Origin: a virus | Length of the DNA: 64,000 nucleotides | IMG/VR virus record: IMGVR_UViG_3300032240_002575 | Coordinates: 13,606 to 77,605 of that record | Strand: one strand, 5' to 3' | Part shown: piece after piece, positions 51,241 through 59,429 of the stretch | How the letters are laid out: every line of letters starts with the position of its first letter | How positions within the stretch are numbered: position 1 is the stretch's first letter | The notes under the pieces: model-generated | What the model saw: the letters and a program-made list of their open reading frames with translations, nothing else | Database searches by the model: none | Told to the model about the DNA's origin: nothing | Position numbers and translations under genes: made by a program

Positions 51241-53574
51241 TTATGACTCTTTTCTTAAATTTCTATCATAATGCTCAAATCTATCATGTTCGGTAGGGGT
51301 CATCAATAAGAGACCTGGATTCAGTTTACATTCTTTCACGAGTTGGTACATATGACTCATCCATGTTTGTTCGAATGGATGTGCCCACGTAGTATCTAAA
51401 AACATTTTTTGATTACCTGTTCTTGTCACAATTTGTGGCCAATTACAATAGTATACTTCACCTGTTACGTACGGAACACCTTGATAAGTTCTAACTGAAT
51501 TATAAACTGCTTTTGGAGCATTTGGGTCTAAACCCTGAACTGGTAATCTATCTTTACCTGGCCAATATTTTTCTCTAACATTTTGAGGTACATTATACCA
51601 AGACCATTGCGTTCCGTTATCACCAAAAAACTCACTAAAATTAAGTTTAAGGAAATCAAAATTTTCTTTTTTAACAATTTGTAACGTTTTTGAATATAAA
51701 TTTGGAACATATCTATTAAACCCGTTTCTACATACCTCACCTTCTTTTGGATAAAAGAACATATCATCTTCAAAAAACAAATAAAAATCTAAATCAGTTT
51801 CATTTTGAAAATGTTCAGCAATCCATTGACGACCACCACAAATGCCTAAATTGTCTTTTTTTATATGTTCAAAATCAAATTCTTCACATAGTTCAGCATA
51901 TTCTTCAAATGTGGATTCATCTGAAGAATTATCTAATAAAAACTTTTTAGTTTTATAAATGTAGTCCCTATCGTAAGATATCATTGATTCAATCAACGTT
52001 CTAAATTGTTTTGGGCTATTAAATGTTATGACGTATAATCCAGTTTTGTTAACATTCAAATCGTCGTTTAGTGACTTTACACCCGAAGCGTTTTTAAGTT
52101 CATAAGCATCATTTTTTAAATCTTCACAAAATTTACCAATTAAACCGTTCTCGCCTATCTCAACATAATCAATCAAAGATGGATGTTTATATAACATAAT
52201 ACTAAAAATTGATTCTTCGGTACCCATATACCCATCACTAATTGTTTTGAATAAAGTATTGTAGTAAATTGTATTAATTTCTGAAATTGTATGTTTTGGA
52301 CCACCAAATAAACCTCCTCTACAAACTAACTTAATATCGTTGTTAGCGTATTGGTTTATTTCAGGGTATGAAAAACCGTGTATTTCATTATTAGCGTTAT
52401 ATGGGAATGCAACAAAGCCAAATTTACTAAAAACTTCAGGTAATTTATTTTGTATTTTATCATGAGTAAAATATCCAGGATGTATTGTGTTTGTTATACC
52501 AGCATCTAACCAAAAAAGATGTGATGAGTTAAATTGGTCAACAATTCTAGCATCATTCATTAAAAACATCTTTGACATAACTAAAGGGTTGTACCACTCT
52601 AATTTTCCTTGAGTTGATTCCGATAACCACCCTGCTTGATTATACCATTTAGAGTCTGTTCTTATTTCCTGTATTTTATCATATGGTACGGTTGTTTTAA
52701 ACCAATCTTTACTTCTAACAACAAATTGAGTATTTGACCTATCTCGTCTTTGAAATACAAACGATTGTAATTCTTCTTCACCAAAAATAATCATATTCGA
52801 CTCAATTTTTAATAATTGTTCAAACTTATCTAAATAATGTTGAAATGAACGAGACCATCCTTCGGTTAAACCATCTCTATTAATATTCCATAATCCAGTC
52901 ACAATAGTAACACCGCTGTTATTCTTCGTTTCATTAGGTACAGGTCCACCAACAATGTGTCTACCCAATTGGTCACAAACAACCTCAAGATTATATTCAA
53001 TATTTCTTTCTTTAAAGAAATCACGTATTGCCGCGTCAACACCTGGTAAATCAAATCTTCTGAAATCATGGAAAAGAATAACACCACCATCAGACATTCT
53101 ATCATAAATTTGAGATAAACTATCATATATTGAATCATAAAAATCACCATCTAAAAATGCAAATGATATTTTTTCAGGTAAATCCTCACTTTTAATATCT
53201 TTAAACCATCCTTTAACAATTTTAGGTGGGGTTAAATTGTTGGTTTTAAAGTTATTAATTAAAACTTCTTCGGTTGTTTTTAATGTAAACGGCTTCCAAC
53301 CTGTATTGATTTCATATTCACTCAAAGGGGGTAACCCTTCAAAAGAATCAAAAACTGTTAAGGTTTTATTTGATTCATAAACATCTAATGTTTTTCTAAT
53401 ATATTTTGATGATTCACCCACATAACATCCTAACTCAACAACATCACCCTCAATGTTATTTTCTAATACATTTGATAGGTTTTTAACTATCTGTGTTATT
53501 TGGTCATGGTTAATGATTGAAGAATCAACTTTTTTATTATCAAAGTTTAATATTACGTTTAAAAGATTTTCCAT
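51241..53574 (-). CDS. Three-domain fusion: TylF/MycF-type O-methyltransferase + HtrL/YibB-like domain + GT-A-like glycosyltransferase domain
   Basis: TylF motifs GDVVELGCYVG, FDSFEGLP, KGWF, LDGDFYDS. HtrL-like VTGLWNINR...YNPLVMSK...FWLDAG. C-terminal LLDNS...NLGICGGR...FFEDD. Confidence 0.7.
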   Translation of the reverse strand: MENLLNVILNFDNKKVDSSIINHDQITQIVKNLSNVLENNIEGDVVELGCYVGESSKYIRKTLDVYESNKTLTVFDSFEGLPPLSEYEINTGWKPFTLKTTEEVLINNFKTNNLTPPKIVKGWFKDIKSEDLPEKISFAFLDGDFYDSIYDSLSQIYDRMSDGGVILFHDFRRFDLPGVDAAIRDFFKERNIEYNLEVVCDQLGRHIVGGPVPNETKNNSGVTIVTGLWNINRDGLTEGWSRSFQHYLDKFEQLLKIESNMIIFGEEELQSFVFQRRDRSNTQFVVRSKDWFKTTVPYDKIQEIRTDSKWYNQAGWLSESTQGKLEWYNPLVMSKMFLMNDARIVDQFNSSHLFWLDAGITNTIHPGYFTHDKIQNKLPEVFSKFGFVAFPYNANNEIHGFSYPEINQYANNDIKLVCRGGLFGGPKHTISEINTIYYNTLFKTISDGYMGTEESIFSIMLYKHPSLIDYVEIGENGLIGKFCEDLKNDAYELKNASGVKSLNDDLNVNKTGLYVITFNSPKQFRTLIESMISYDRDYIYKTKKFLLDNSSDESTFEEYAELCEEFDFEHIKKDNLGICGGRQWIAEHFQNETDLDFYLFFEDDMFFYPKEGEVCRNGFNRYVPNLYSKTLQIVKKENFDFLKLNFSEFFGDNGTQWSWYNVPQNVREKYWPGKDRLPVQGLDPNAPKAVYNSVRTYQGVPYVTGEVYYCNWPQIVTRTGNQKMFLDTTWAHPFEQTWMSHMYQLVKECKLNPGLLLMTPTEHDRFEHYDRNLRKES

Positions 53575-53607
53575 TTATTGATTTGTTTTTTTGTTTGATT
53601 TTTGTAA

Positions 53608-54237
53608 TTATTGTTTTTGTCTGCAAGTCCAAACTACATTTTCAAATGTTTCTTTATTATAATAATTCAAATTATTAGATATACAAGAATCTTTGATATT
53701 TTCGTTAGATATTTCAAACCAATTCCAAAGTTTTCTGTTAACTCTTTCTTCAAAGATTTCTTTGTTCTCACCATAATCATGAGCCATGATAAAATCACCT
53801 GATTTTATAAATTTAGATAAAACATTAAACTCACCAATTTTATTTCCACCATCACATAACACAATTGTTATTCCATCTTGTTGGATAAAATCAATAACGT
53901 CTTGTTTAACTTCTTGGTAGTTATTCATAAAAATATCTTCGACTCTAACATCTATATCACTTTTAATCATGTCTTCGTACCAACCACGTCCATATATGTC
54001 ATATGATAAGATGTCTATTGGGTGATTTATTTCGTCAGATACCCATTTTAAAAATTGTGTGAATCCACCTAGAGCGGTTCCTATTTCTAAAATTCTAACT
54101 GGTTTAACTTCATTTAAAAAGTTGTAAAAAACCTCATAAACTTCATGTGTTTGTTGGGCCGCCATACCCATGAACGAAGATAATCCATCATTTTCTTCTA
54201 AGTTAATTTTTCTTGTAATTTTGTGTTCTAGTGACAT
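53608..54237 (-). CDS. Class I SAM-dependent methyltransferase (CmcI / rhamnosyl O-methyltransferase-like)
   Basis: Motifs KPVRILEIGTALGG, SYDI, LCDGG and GDFIMAHDY. Confidence 0.7.
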   Translation of the reverse strand: MSLEHKITRKINLEENDGLSSFMGMAAQQTHEVYEVFYNFLNEVKPVRILEIGTALGGFTQFLKWVSDEINHPIDILSYDIYGRGWYEDMIKSDIDVRVEDIFMNNYQEVKQDVIDFIQQDGITIVLCDGGNKIGEFNVLSKFIKSGDFIMAHDYGENKEIFEERVNRKLWNWFEISNENIKDSCISNNLNYYNKETFENVVWTCRQKQ

Positions 54238-54238
54238 A

Positions 54239-55096
54239 TTATAGTGTTATTATTTTTTTCAATAGGTTATTTTTTTGAAAATATTTTTCTTTAATTAATT
54301 CTAACCCTTTTATTTTTTGATTATATATTTCATCGGAGTTATTTAAAATGTTATTTAACATGTTCTCAATACCGTCAATATCGTTAATATCTTCTATTAA
54401 AATGTATCCATCTTCAGGATATATTTCTTTAATGTTTTTACAACCAAAATAAATTGGGATTGTATTCGTTAATATGTTGTCGTAAAATTTTTCAGTTATC
54501 CAATTTTTTTCAAATGAATTTTCTATTGAAATATTAAATTTGTAATCAACTAAAGCATCTTTACGTTTTGGACTAGTACTACCATCAAAAACATCTATTG
54601 TACCCATCTGTCTAATTTTTTCAAGTATCCTATATCTTTGAGGATATAAACAGGTGGTACCATTATCAGTATTTAAGTTTGTTATTGAAGTTGAAATTTT
54701 TTTAGTTTTTTCAAAAACGGAGTTAGATAAATTATCATAATTCCAAAAATCTAATGTGTCAACCCAAGGACCTCTTCCACCATAAAATGTATGAGCAATA
54801 GATTCAACAAAATTACCAAAATATAACTCTTCCGAAAACCCATAAATTGTAGTATTTTTTTCAAAATGTTTTTGATGTGCTCCAGTCCAAGAAGGTTCAT
54901 GTGGGAACACAAAGGATTTTGAGTTTTCTTTAATTTCTTCGTTCACATAATTGAAAAATACGATTACATCATAAGAATCATCAAAAACAAATTCAACATT
55001 TGATAAATCAATTTCAGGTGTTTTAAATTGTCTAACTAATCTTTCGGTTAGATTTTTAGACGAGTCGTAACCAGATGATAGTTTTATTTTTCTCAT
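54239..55096 (-). CDS. Glycosyltransferase family 10 (alpha-1,3/4-fucosyltransferase-like)
   Basis: GT10 signature YKFNISIENS...WITEKFYD......IPIYFG, with an upstream HEP motif. Confidence 0.8.
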   Translation of the reverse strand: MRKIKLSSGYDSSKNLTERLVRQFKTPEIDLSNVEFVFDDSYDVIVFFNYVNEEIKENSKSFVFPHEPSWTGAHQKHFEKNTTIYGFSEELYFGNFVESIAHTFYGGRGPWVDTLDFWNYDNLSNSVFEKTKKISTSITNLNTDNGTTCLYPQRYRILEKIRQMGTIDVFDGSTSPKRKDALVDYKFNISIENSFEKNWITEKFYDNILTNTIPIYFGCKNIKEIYPEDGYILIEDINDIDGIENMLNNILNNSDEIYNQKIKGLELIKEKYFQKNNLLKKIITL

Positions 55097-55881
55097 CGTT
55101 TAATTTTTTCCCAATTATTATGATTGAACCCAACTTTAAACACTTCACACTGGTTACCCCAACCCATTTCTCCTACATTATATCCGGCAATAAGTGCGGA
55201 GATACCAATCTCAAATGATTCCATATCATAAGTGATTACATTGTTAGGGTCTTGTGTTTCAAATTTAGTACAAAACTTTTCAAACTCATCACACATCACA
55301 GGTAATTTGTCGTTGTTCTTAATCAATAAAATATGTTCACTTGGTAAAGTTGCATTCCTCCATTCAGGATTTACACCATAAAAAATGAATTTATTGTCAA
55401 ATAATTTTTTCCAAGAACTATTTTTTAAAGTATCCATGTATTCGTTTTCAGCCCACTCGTATGTTCTGTTGGCCAACAAAACTAACATGTCAAGACCACT
55501 TGATTCCCATTCATTTATTTTTGAGTCAATTGTGTTGACATCAACATTATCAGTTAACCCTGCATCACAATCTAAATAAAGAACCCAATCGTATTTACTG
55601 TCAACATCTTTTATTGCGTGAAACTTTAAAAGTTGATTAAATGCTCCAACATGAGTTTTGTGGTTTTCTAAACTATATTCTCTAATGATAACTCTATCAG
55701 GATTGTTATTGATTTCATCAACAAAATATTTTGATTGATTTGTTGATATCATTACATCATATGGTGTTTTTGTTAGAATGTCATTTATCAATCTTTTAGC
55801 AAATGTGGTATAGATTTCTGAACCTTCTCGTTGTGAATTAACGAATGATATTGCGGATACTAATATGTTTTTCATATTCAA
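55093..55881 (-). CDS. Putative GT-A-fold glycosyltransferase
   Basis: DxD motif in K...YDWVLYLDCD; lies within the glycosyltransferase operon. Confidence 0.55.
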   Translation of the reverse strand: MNMKNILVSAISFVNSQREGSEIYTTFAKRLINDILTKTPYDVMISTNQSKYFVDEINNNPDRVIIREYSLENHKTHVGAFNQLLKFHAIKDVDSKYDWVLYLDCDAGLTDNVDVNTIDSKINEWESSGLDMLVLLANRTYEWAENEYMDTLKNSSWKKLFDNKFIFYGVNPEWRNATLPSEHILLIKNNDKLPVMCDEFEKFCTKFETQDPNNVITYDMESFEIGISALIAGYNVGEMGWGNQCEVFKVGFNHNNWEKIKR

Positions 55882-55885
55882 AATT

Positions 55886-56626
55886 TTAAAACCATCTTGG
55901 GTGAAAGTAGGTTGTTTTACTACTTGTTATTCTGTAAAGTTTATTGTTTTTTAAAAAAGATGAAACTCGTTTTTCAAAAGAGTCTCCTGCGTATTTAGGA
56001 TAATGAATATCGGATAATTCGTTTTGTTCATTATAAATTTGAGATTTAAATTCATTTACAGGTATTAAAAAACACTGGTCTGAAAAGTTCATAGTGTATG
56101 ACCAATCAGGGTGATTGTTAGTTAATTCATTACCATTTGATATGTAAAAGTTTTCTTCGTCTTTAGCTTGATGATATTGTAAATTCCAAACCGGGTTAAC
56201 AACCTTAACAGTATTGTTTGTTTTCATTATTTCAATACCGTTATTTATCCAATCATAATCAGTTTTTTCAGTTAAAGAATCTCCAGTTAAATAAACCATG
56301 TAGTCAGTTTCACATAAGTAAACCGCTAAAAGTGGTGCAATAGAATACCAATATCCACCATTAAAAGAATTTTTATCAATGTTAAAGTATTCCAAAACTT
56401 TGTCAGAAAAATCATCGGTGAAGTAAAAATCATCAAGTATGTTATTATCTTTTAATTTTCTAGCTGATTCCTCAACAAGTTCTCGATTATTAACATTGGT
56501 TATTATTAAAACTCTTTTTAAAAATGGGTAATTTAGATTATCAAGTTTTTTTAAGAATCCACCCTGATTAATCATCGCATCCCAATCACCTTCAAAACAT
56601 TGAGTAAAAAAAGTAATACTATTCAT
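55886..56626 (-). CDS. Putative glycosyltransferase-like protein
   Basis: TDYMVYLTGD, FSDQCFL and a terminal YFHP are reminiscent of GT-A proteins; operon context supports this. Confidence 0.4.
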   Translation of the reverse strand: MNSITFFTQCFEGDWDAMINQGGFLKKLDNLNYPFLKRVLIITNVNNRELVEESARKLKDNNILDDFYFTDDFSDKVLEYFNIDKNSFNGGYWYSIAPLLAVYLCETDYMVYLTGDSLTEKTDYDWINNGIEIMKTNNTVKVVNPVWNLQYHQAKDEENFYISNGNELTNNHPDWSYTMNFSDQCFLIPVNEFKSQIYNEQNELSDIHYPKYAGDSFEKRVSSFLKNNKLYRITSSKTTYFHPRWF

Positions 56627-57891
56627 TAACTTACTGTATTATGGTTTAATTGACCTGTTATTCTATCACACCATCCTTTGGATTCAGAGTGAGGCCACAC
56701 AACCCAATACGATGGTAATTGGTCTGTTTGAAATTCTCTCCAAACTTTACAATAATTATCAGGGTCTCTCATAAATCCAGCAATTTCATTTTTATCCGCA
56801 TCTTTTCTGTACAATGTTTCATCTTTGTCATTATGGAACGCAACAACCCAAAAGTCATAATCAGTTTCAGGAACTTGAGAATATCCAATATCGATACAAT
56901 GTTTGAACATCATACAGAAACTATCCCTCCATTCTTGTTCTGTTTCAAAATTATATGGGTTTGGTGGATAATTTTTGTCCAAAGTATATTTGTCGATTGC
57001 TCTTTTTGAAAAAAGAATTCCAGCATATTTTTCATAATCAGTTAATGTTCTGATAGGACCAAAACCATAAGGGCCATCATGACCTTCTTGTGTTTCACCG
57101 TCCATACCAAACAATTTTCTATTTGTTAAATGGGAGTGACTATTTTTTTGTCCCCAAGTTTTGTCATCATCCCATTGTTTTGTTCTACCCTTACGAGTGT
57201 ACTCATGATATACAACAGGAATGTGTGGGTGGAATAAATCATAACCCCAAGTGTAAGCTCTCACCGCAATTGAAATTTCTTCACCATGGAAATAGTATTC
57301 AGGGTTGTGTTGAACTTCAGTTGAGAATTGTCCTAATGTAAAACAGAAGTGAGCCGAGTAAAATCTTGCGGTTACAGGTTTTTTCATTTCCATCCATCCT
57401 GGTATTGTTTCAGGTAAGAAGAATACCGCACCTTCAGGAATGAATCGGTCAAAAACCATTCTCCAAGCATCAGTTGCTCTTCCTGCAGGGTCATTGTCGG
57501 GGTCAAATGAAGGAACGTAGCCCGTAAGTAGAGGCTTCTTATATCCGTCCTTCTGTAACCCCTTTATCATCTTGATAAGGATATCGTCCCAATCCTTAAC
57601 AAATCTCATGTGAGAGTCAATTTGTAGTGTGTAAGTTTCACCTTTATAAAGTTGTTGAACCTGATGTCTTGCCCAACATACACCTTTAGCATCTTGATAT
57701 GGAATATCCAAGATTCTAAATCTCTTGTCGTTTCTATATTCATCCAAATTATCAAAACCATCTTCGTCACTGTATTGTCGTGCAATACCTAAAACAAGAT
57801 TATTTGGTTTTTTTGCGTTTGCCAACATATCTTTAATTGTTGGAACTAATTGTGGGTCTCTGTAAGAAGCTATCTGAACAAATATTTTCAT
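56626..57891 (-). CDS. GT60-type polypeptide/hydroxyproline alpha-N-acetylglucosaminyltransferase (Pfam GlcNAc family; Skp1 Gnt1-like)
   Basis: Motifs IFVQIASYRDP, KGVCWARH..Q.LY.GE.Y.LQIDSHMRF...WD, FHGEEI...R.YT.GYD...P....YH.Y are diagnostic for the Gnt1/OGNT family. Confidence 0.82.
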   Translation of the reverse strand: MKIFVQIASYRDPQLVPTIKDMLANAKKPNNLVLGIARQYSDEDGFDNLDEYRNDKRFRILDIPYQDAKGVCWARHQVQQLYKGETYTLQIDSHMRFVKDWDDILIKMIKGLQKDGYKKPLLTGYVPSFDPDNDPAGRATDAWRMVFDRFIPEGAVFFLPETIPGWMEMKKPVTARFYSAHFCFTLGQFSTEVQHNPEYYFHGEEISIAVRAYTWGYDLFHPHIPVVYHEYTRKGRTKQWDDDKTWGQKNSHSHLTNRKLFGMDGETQEGHDGPYGFGPIRTLTDYEKYAGILFSKRAIDKYTLDKNYPPNPYNFETEQEWRDSFCMMFKHCIDIGYSQVPETDYDFWVVAFHNDKDETLYRKDADKNEIAGFMRDPDNYCKVWREFQTDQLPSYWVVWPHSESKGWCDRITGQLNHNTVS

Positions 57892-57904
57892 GAATAATGT
57901 ATTT

Positions 57905-57912
57905 TATAAATA
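57905..57912 (-). promoter_or_regulatory. TATTTATA leader motif (candidate late promoter) in front of the glycosyltransferase operon
   Basis: The same 8-mer precedes many structural genes in this window. Confidence 0.5.
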
Positions 57913-57919
57913 AAAATAA

Positions 57920-57947
57920 AAAACCCTCCACAAAGGTGAAGGGTTTT
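57920..57947 (-). terminator. Intrinsic terminator between the mucin-like LamG gene and the glycosyltransferase operon
   Basis: Minus strand reads AAAACCCTTCAC-CTTT-GTGGAGGGTTTT, then TTATTTTT. Confidence 0.65.
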
Positions 57948-57968
57948 CTGAAATATATTGTTTTGATT

Positions 57969-59087
57969 TTAGTACGGAGAACTACTCGAGTAAACAACGC
58001 CATAATTGTTGTCAACTGTTTGGGTACCCGATGTATCAATAAGATAAGTACTAGATGTGTTAACGTTAAATAATAAAACCGTATTTGAACTAACAGTCAA
58101 CGGTACTGTTGGTGTAGGTATCGTTGAACTTGTTGGGTCAAGCGATGTTGAACCAACTCTAACTTTAATATCTGTAGAATTTCCTGTCATAAAGAATCCA
58201 AAATAACCGATATCAAGTGTTGTAGCACTGTAATTTCTGTTGTCCGTTTGAACGCCACACGCAGTTGCTGTTAGTCCTGTTCCCATCCAAACGTTTTCAG
58301 TTGTTCCACTTCTCGAAACTGCAAAATATGTCCAAGTATCGGGTTGTAATGTTTGTGGTAACGTGTACGTCAATGAGCTATTATATTTTCTTACAGCTAA
58401 AGTTGTGTCACTTACAATAACCGATAAAGAGTCTTTACCTGCACCACCTAATATACCACCATTATATGAACCCGCAGGGTTTGGAGTTTTATACCAAAAC
58501 TCAACCGAGAAATCATTTGTACCAACGGTAATACCAGGGGTAATAGTTAAGGACGTACCTGAGAAAAGAAGTGAACCAGGTCTTACTGGTGTTGGAGATG
58601 GAGTTGTCGTGTGAGTTGGAGTTATTGTTGGTGTAGGTGTTGTTGTGCTTGTTGGGGTTACAGTTGTTGTTGGAGTTACAGTTGTTGTTGGAGTTACGGT
58701 TGTAGTTGGTGTAGGTGTTGTTGTGCTTGTTGGGGTTACGGTTGTTGTTGGTGTAGGAGTAGTTGTTGAAGTTGGAGTTATAGTTGGAGTTACGCTCGTT
58801 GTTGGTGTTGGAGTAGGTGTCGTTGTTGATGAAGGGGTTGGGGTTGGCGTAGATGTTGAAGAAGGTGTCGGTGTTGGTGTTAAAGGGTACGTTCCATCAT
58901 TTACTAAATTAATACTTGATTCAAAAACTTTAGCAGTGCTATAAGTTCCGTTTATCAACCAAATATTTTTTGTTTGATTTGGTTCAAGATTTATCTGATA
59001 TTCCCACATGGAATCATCGCATCTTCTGTAATTAAAGTTGATTACGGTAGTTCCGGTATTCGTTAAAGTATATTTACTACATGCCAT
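57969..59087 (-). CDS. Mucin-like (Thr/Pro-repeat) protein with an N-terminal Cys-containing module and a C-terminal LamG/ConA-like domain
   Basis: About 100 aa of TPTPTT repeats. DFSVEFWYK and WTYFAVSRSG are LamG-like motifs. Confidence 0.7.
   Translation of the reverse strand: MACSKYTLTNTGTTVINFNYRRCDDSMWEYQINLEPNQTKNIWLINGTYSTAKVFESSINLVNDGTYPLTPTPTPSSTSTPTPTPSSTTTPTPTPTTSVTPTITPTSTTTPTPTTTVTPTSTTTPTPTTTVTPTTTVTPTTTVTPTSTTTPTPTITPTHTTTPSPTPVRPGSLLFSGTSLTITPGITVGTNDFSVEFWYKTPNPAGSYNGGILGGAGKDSLSVIVSDTTLAVRKYNSSLTYTLPQTLQPDTWTYFAVSRSGTTENVWMGTGLTATACGVQTDNRNYSATTLDIGYFGFFMTGNSTDIKVRVGSTSLDPTSSTIPTPTVPLTVSSNTVLLFNVNTSSTYLIDTSGTQTVDNNYGVVYSSSSPY
58585..58880 (-). repeat. Low-complexity Thr/Pro coding repeats
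   Basis: Degenerate GTTGGTGT/GTTGGAGT repeats encoding (TP)n/TTT. Confidence 0.8.
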
Positions 59088-59125
59088 AGTTTTAGTTTTT
59101 TATTATAAATATACATTAAAGTAAA

Positions 59126-59146
59126 AACCCACCATAAAGGTGGGTT
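59126..59146 (-). terminator. Hairpin/terminator after the ubiquitin-like gene
   Basis: AACCCACC-N5-GGTGGGTT, followed by TTT on the minus strand. Confidence 0.55.
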
Positions 59147-59153
59147 ATATTTT

Positions 59154-59402
59154 TTATTTTACTAAAAGAACGTATTCAAATCTCGGATTTTTTGGTAATA
59201 ACTCTGAATCATTTTTTAATTCGTCTGTACCATTCCATAAGGTTTGACTTACAACTTCATAAGGTGTTGTAATTGAGTTTCTTATTTGAGTTTTTAACTC
59301 CAAAACTGTCATAGTATCATTAACGTCAAAAGGACTTGCATATGTTGTAATTTCACCTTTTGGTTTTTCTCTATCTATTGTAATTTTTACTGATTTTTTC
59401 AT
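59154..59402 (-). CDS. Small protein with a ubiquitin-like (beta-grasp) sequence pattern
   Basis: FDVNDTMTVLELKTQI...P....QTLWNG.ELKND..L parallels ubiquitin LEVEPSDTIENVKAKI...P..QQRLIFAGKQLEDG..L. 82 aa, no C-terminal GG. Confidence 0.5.
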   Translation of the reverse strand: MKKSVKITIDREKPKGEITTYASPFDVNDTMTVLELKTQIRNSITTPYEVVSQTLWNGTDELKNDSELLPKNPRFEYVLLVK

Positions 59403-59429
59403 ATATTTAATTTTTTATTTTTAGTTTAA

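Noticed and set aside
51241-57891. Glycosyltransferase cluster as a T4-like DNA glucosylation system (it lies near the polymerase)
   Set aside because: The recognisable families (GT60, GT10, TylF) act on proteins or glycans, and no base hydroxymethylase is present in the window. This is disfavoured but not formally excluded.
58645-58944. Val/Gly-rich plus-strand ORFs (also 63281-63487, 20136-20375, 33570-34133, 34200-34700, 21236-21703)
   Set aside because: These are antisense shadows of real minus-strand genes; their composition simply mirrors the sense codons.
51241-59402. Eukaryotic giant virus (NCLDV) origin suggested by GT60, ubiquitin-like and mucin-like genes
   Set aside because: These genes are contiguous with contractile-tail genes, use the same leader motif, and show bacterial-type operons and terminators.
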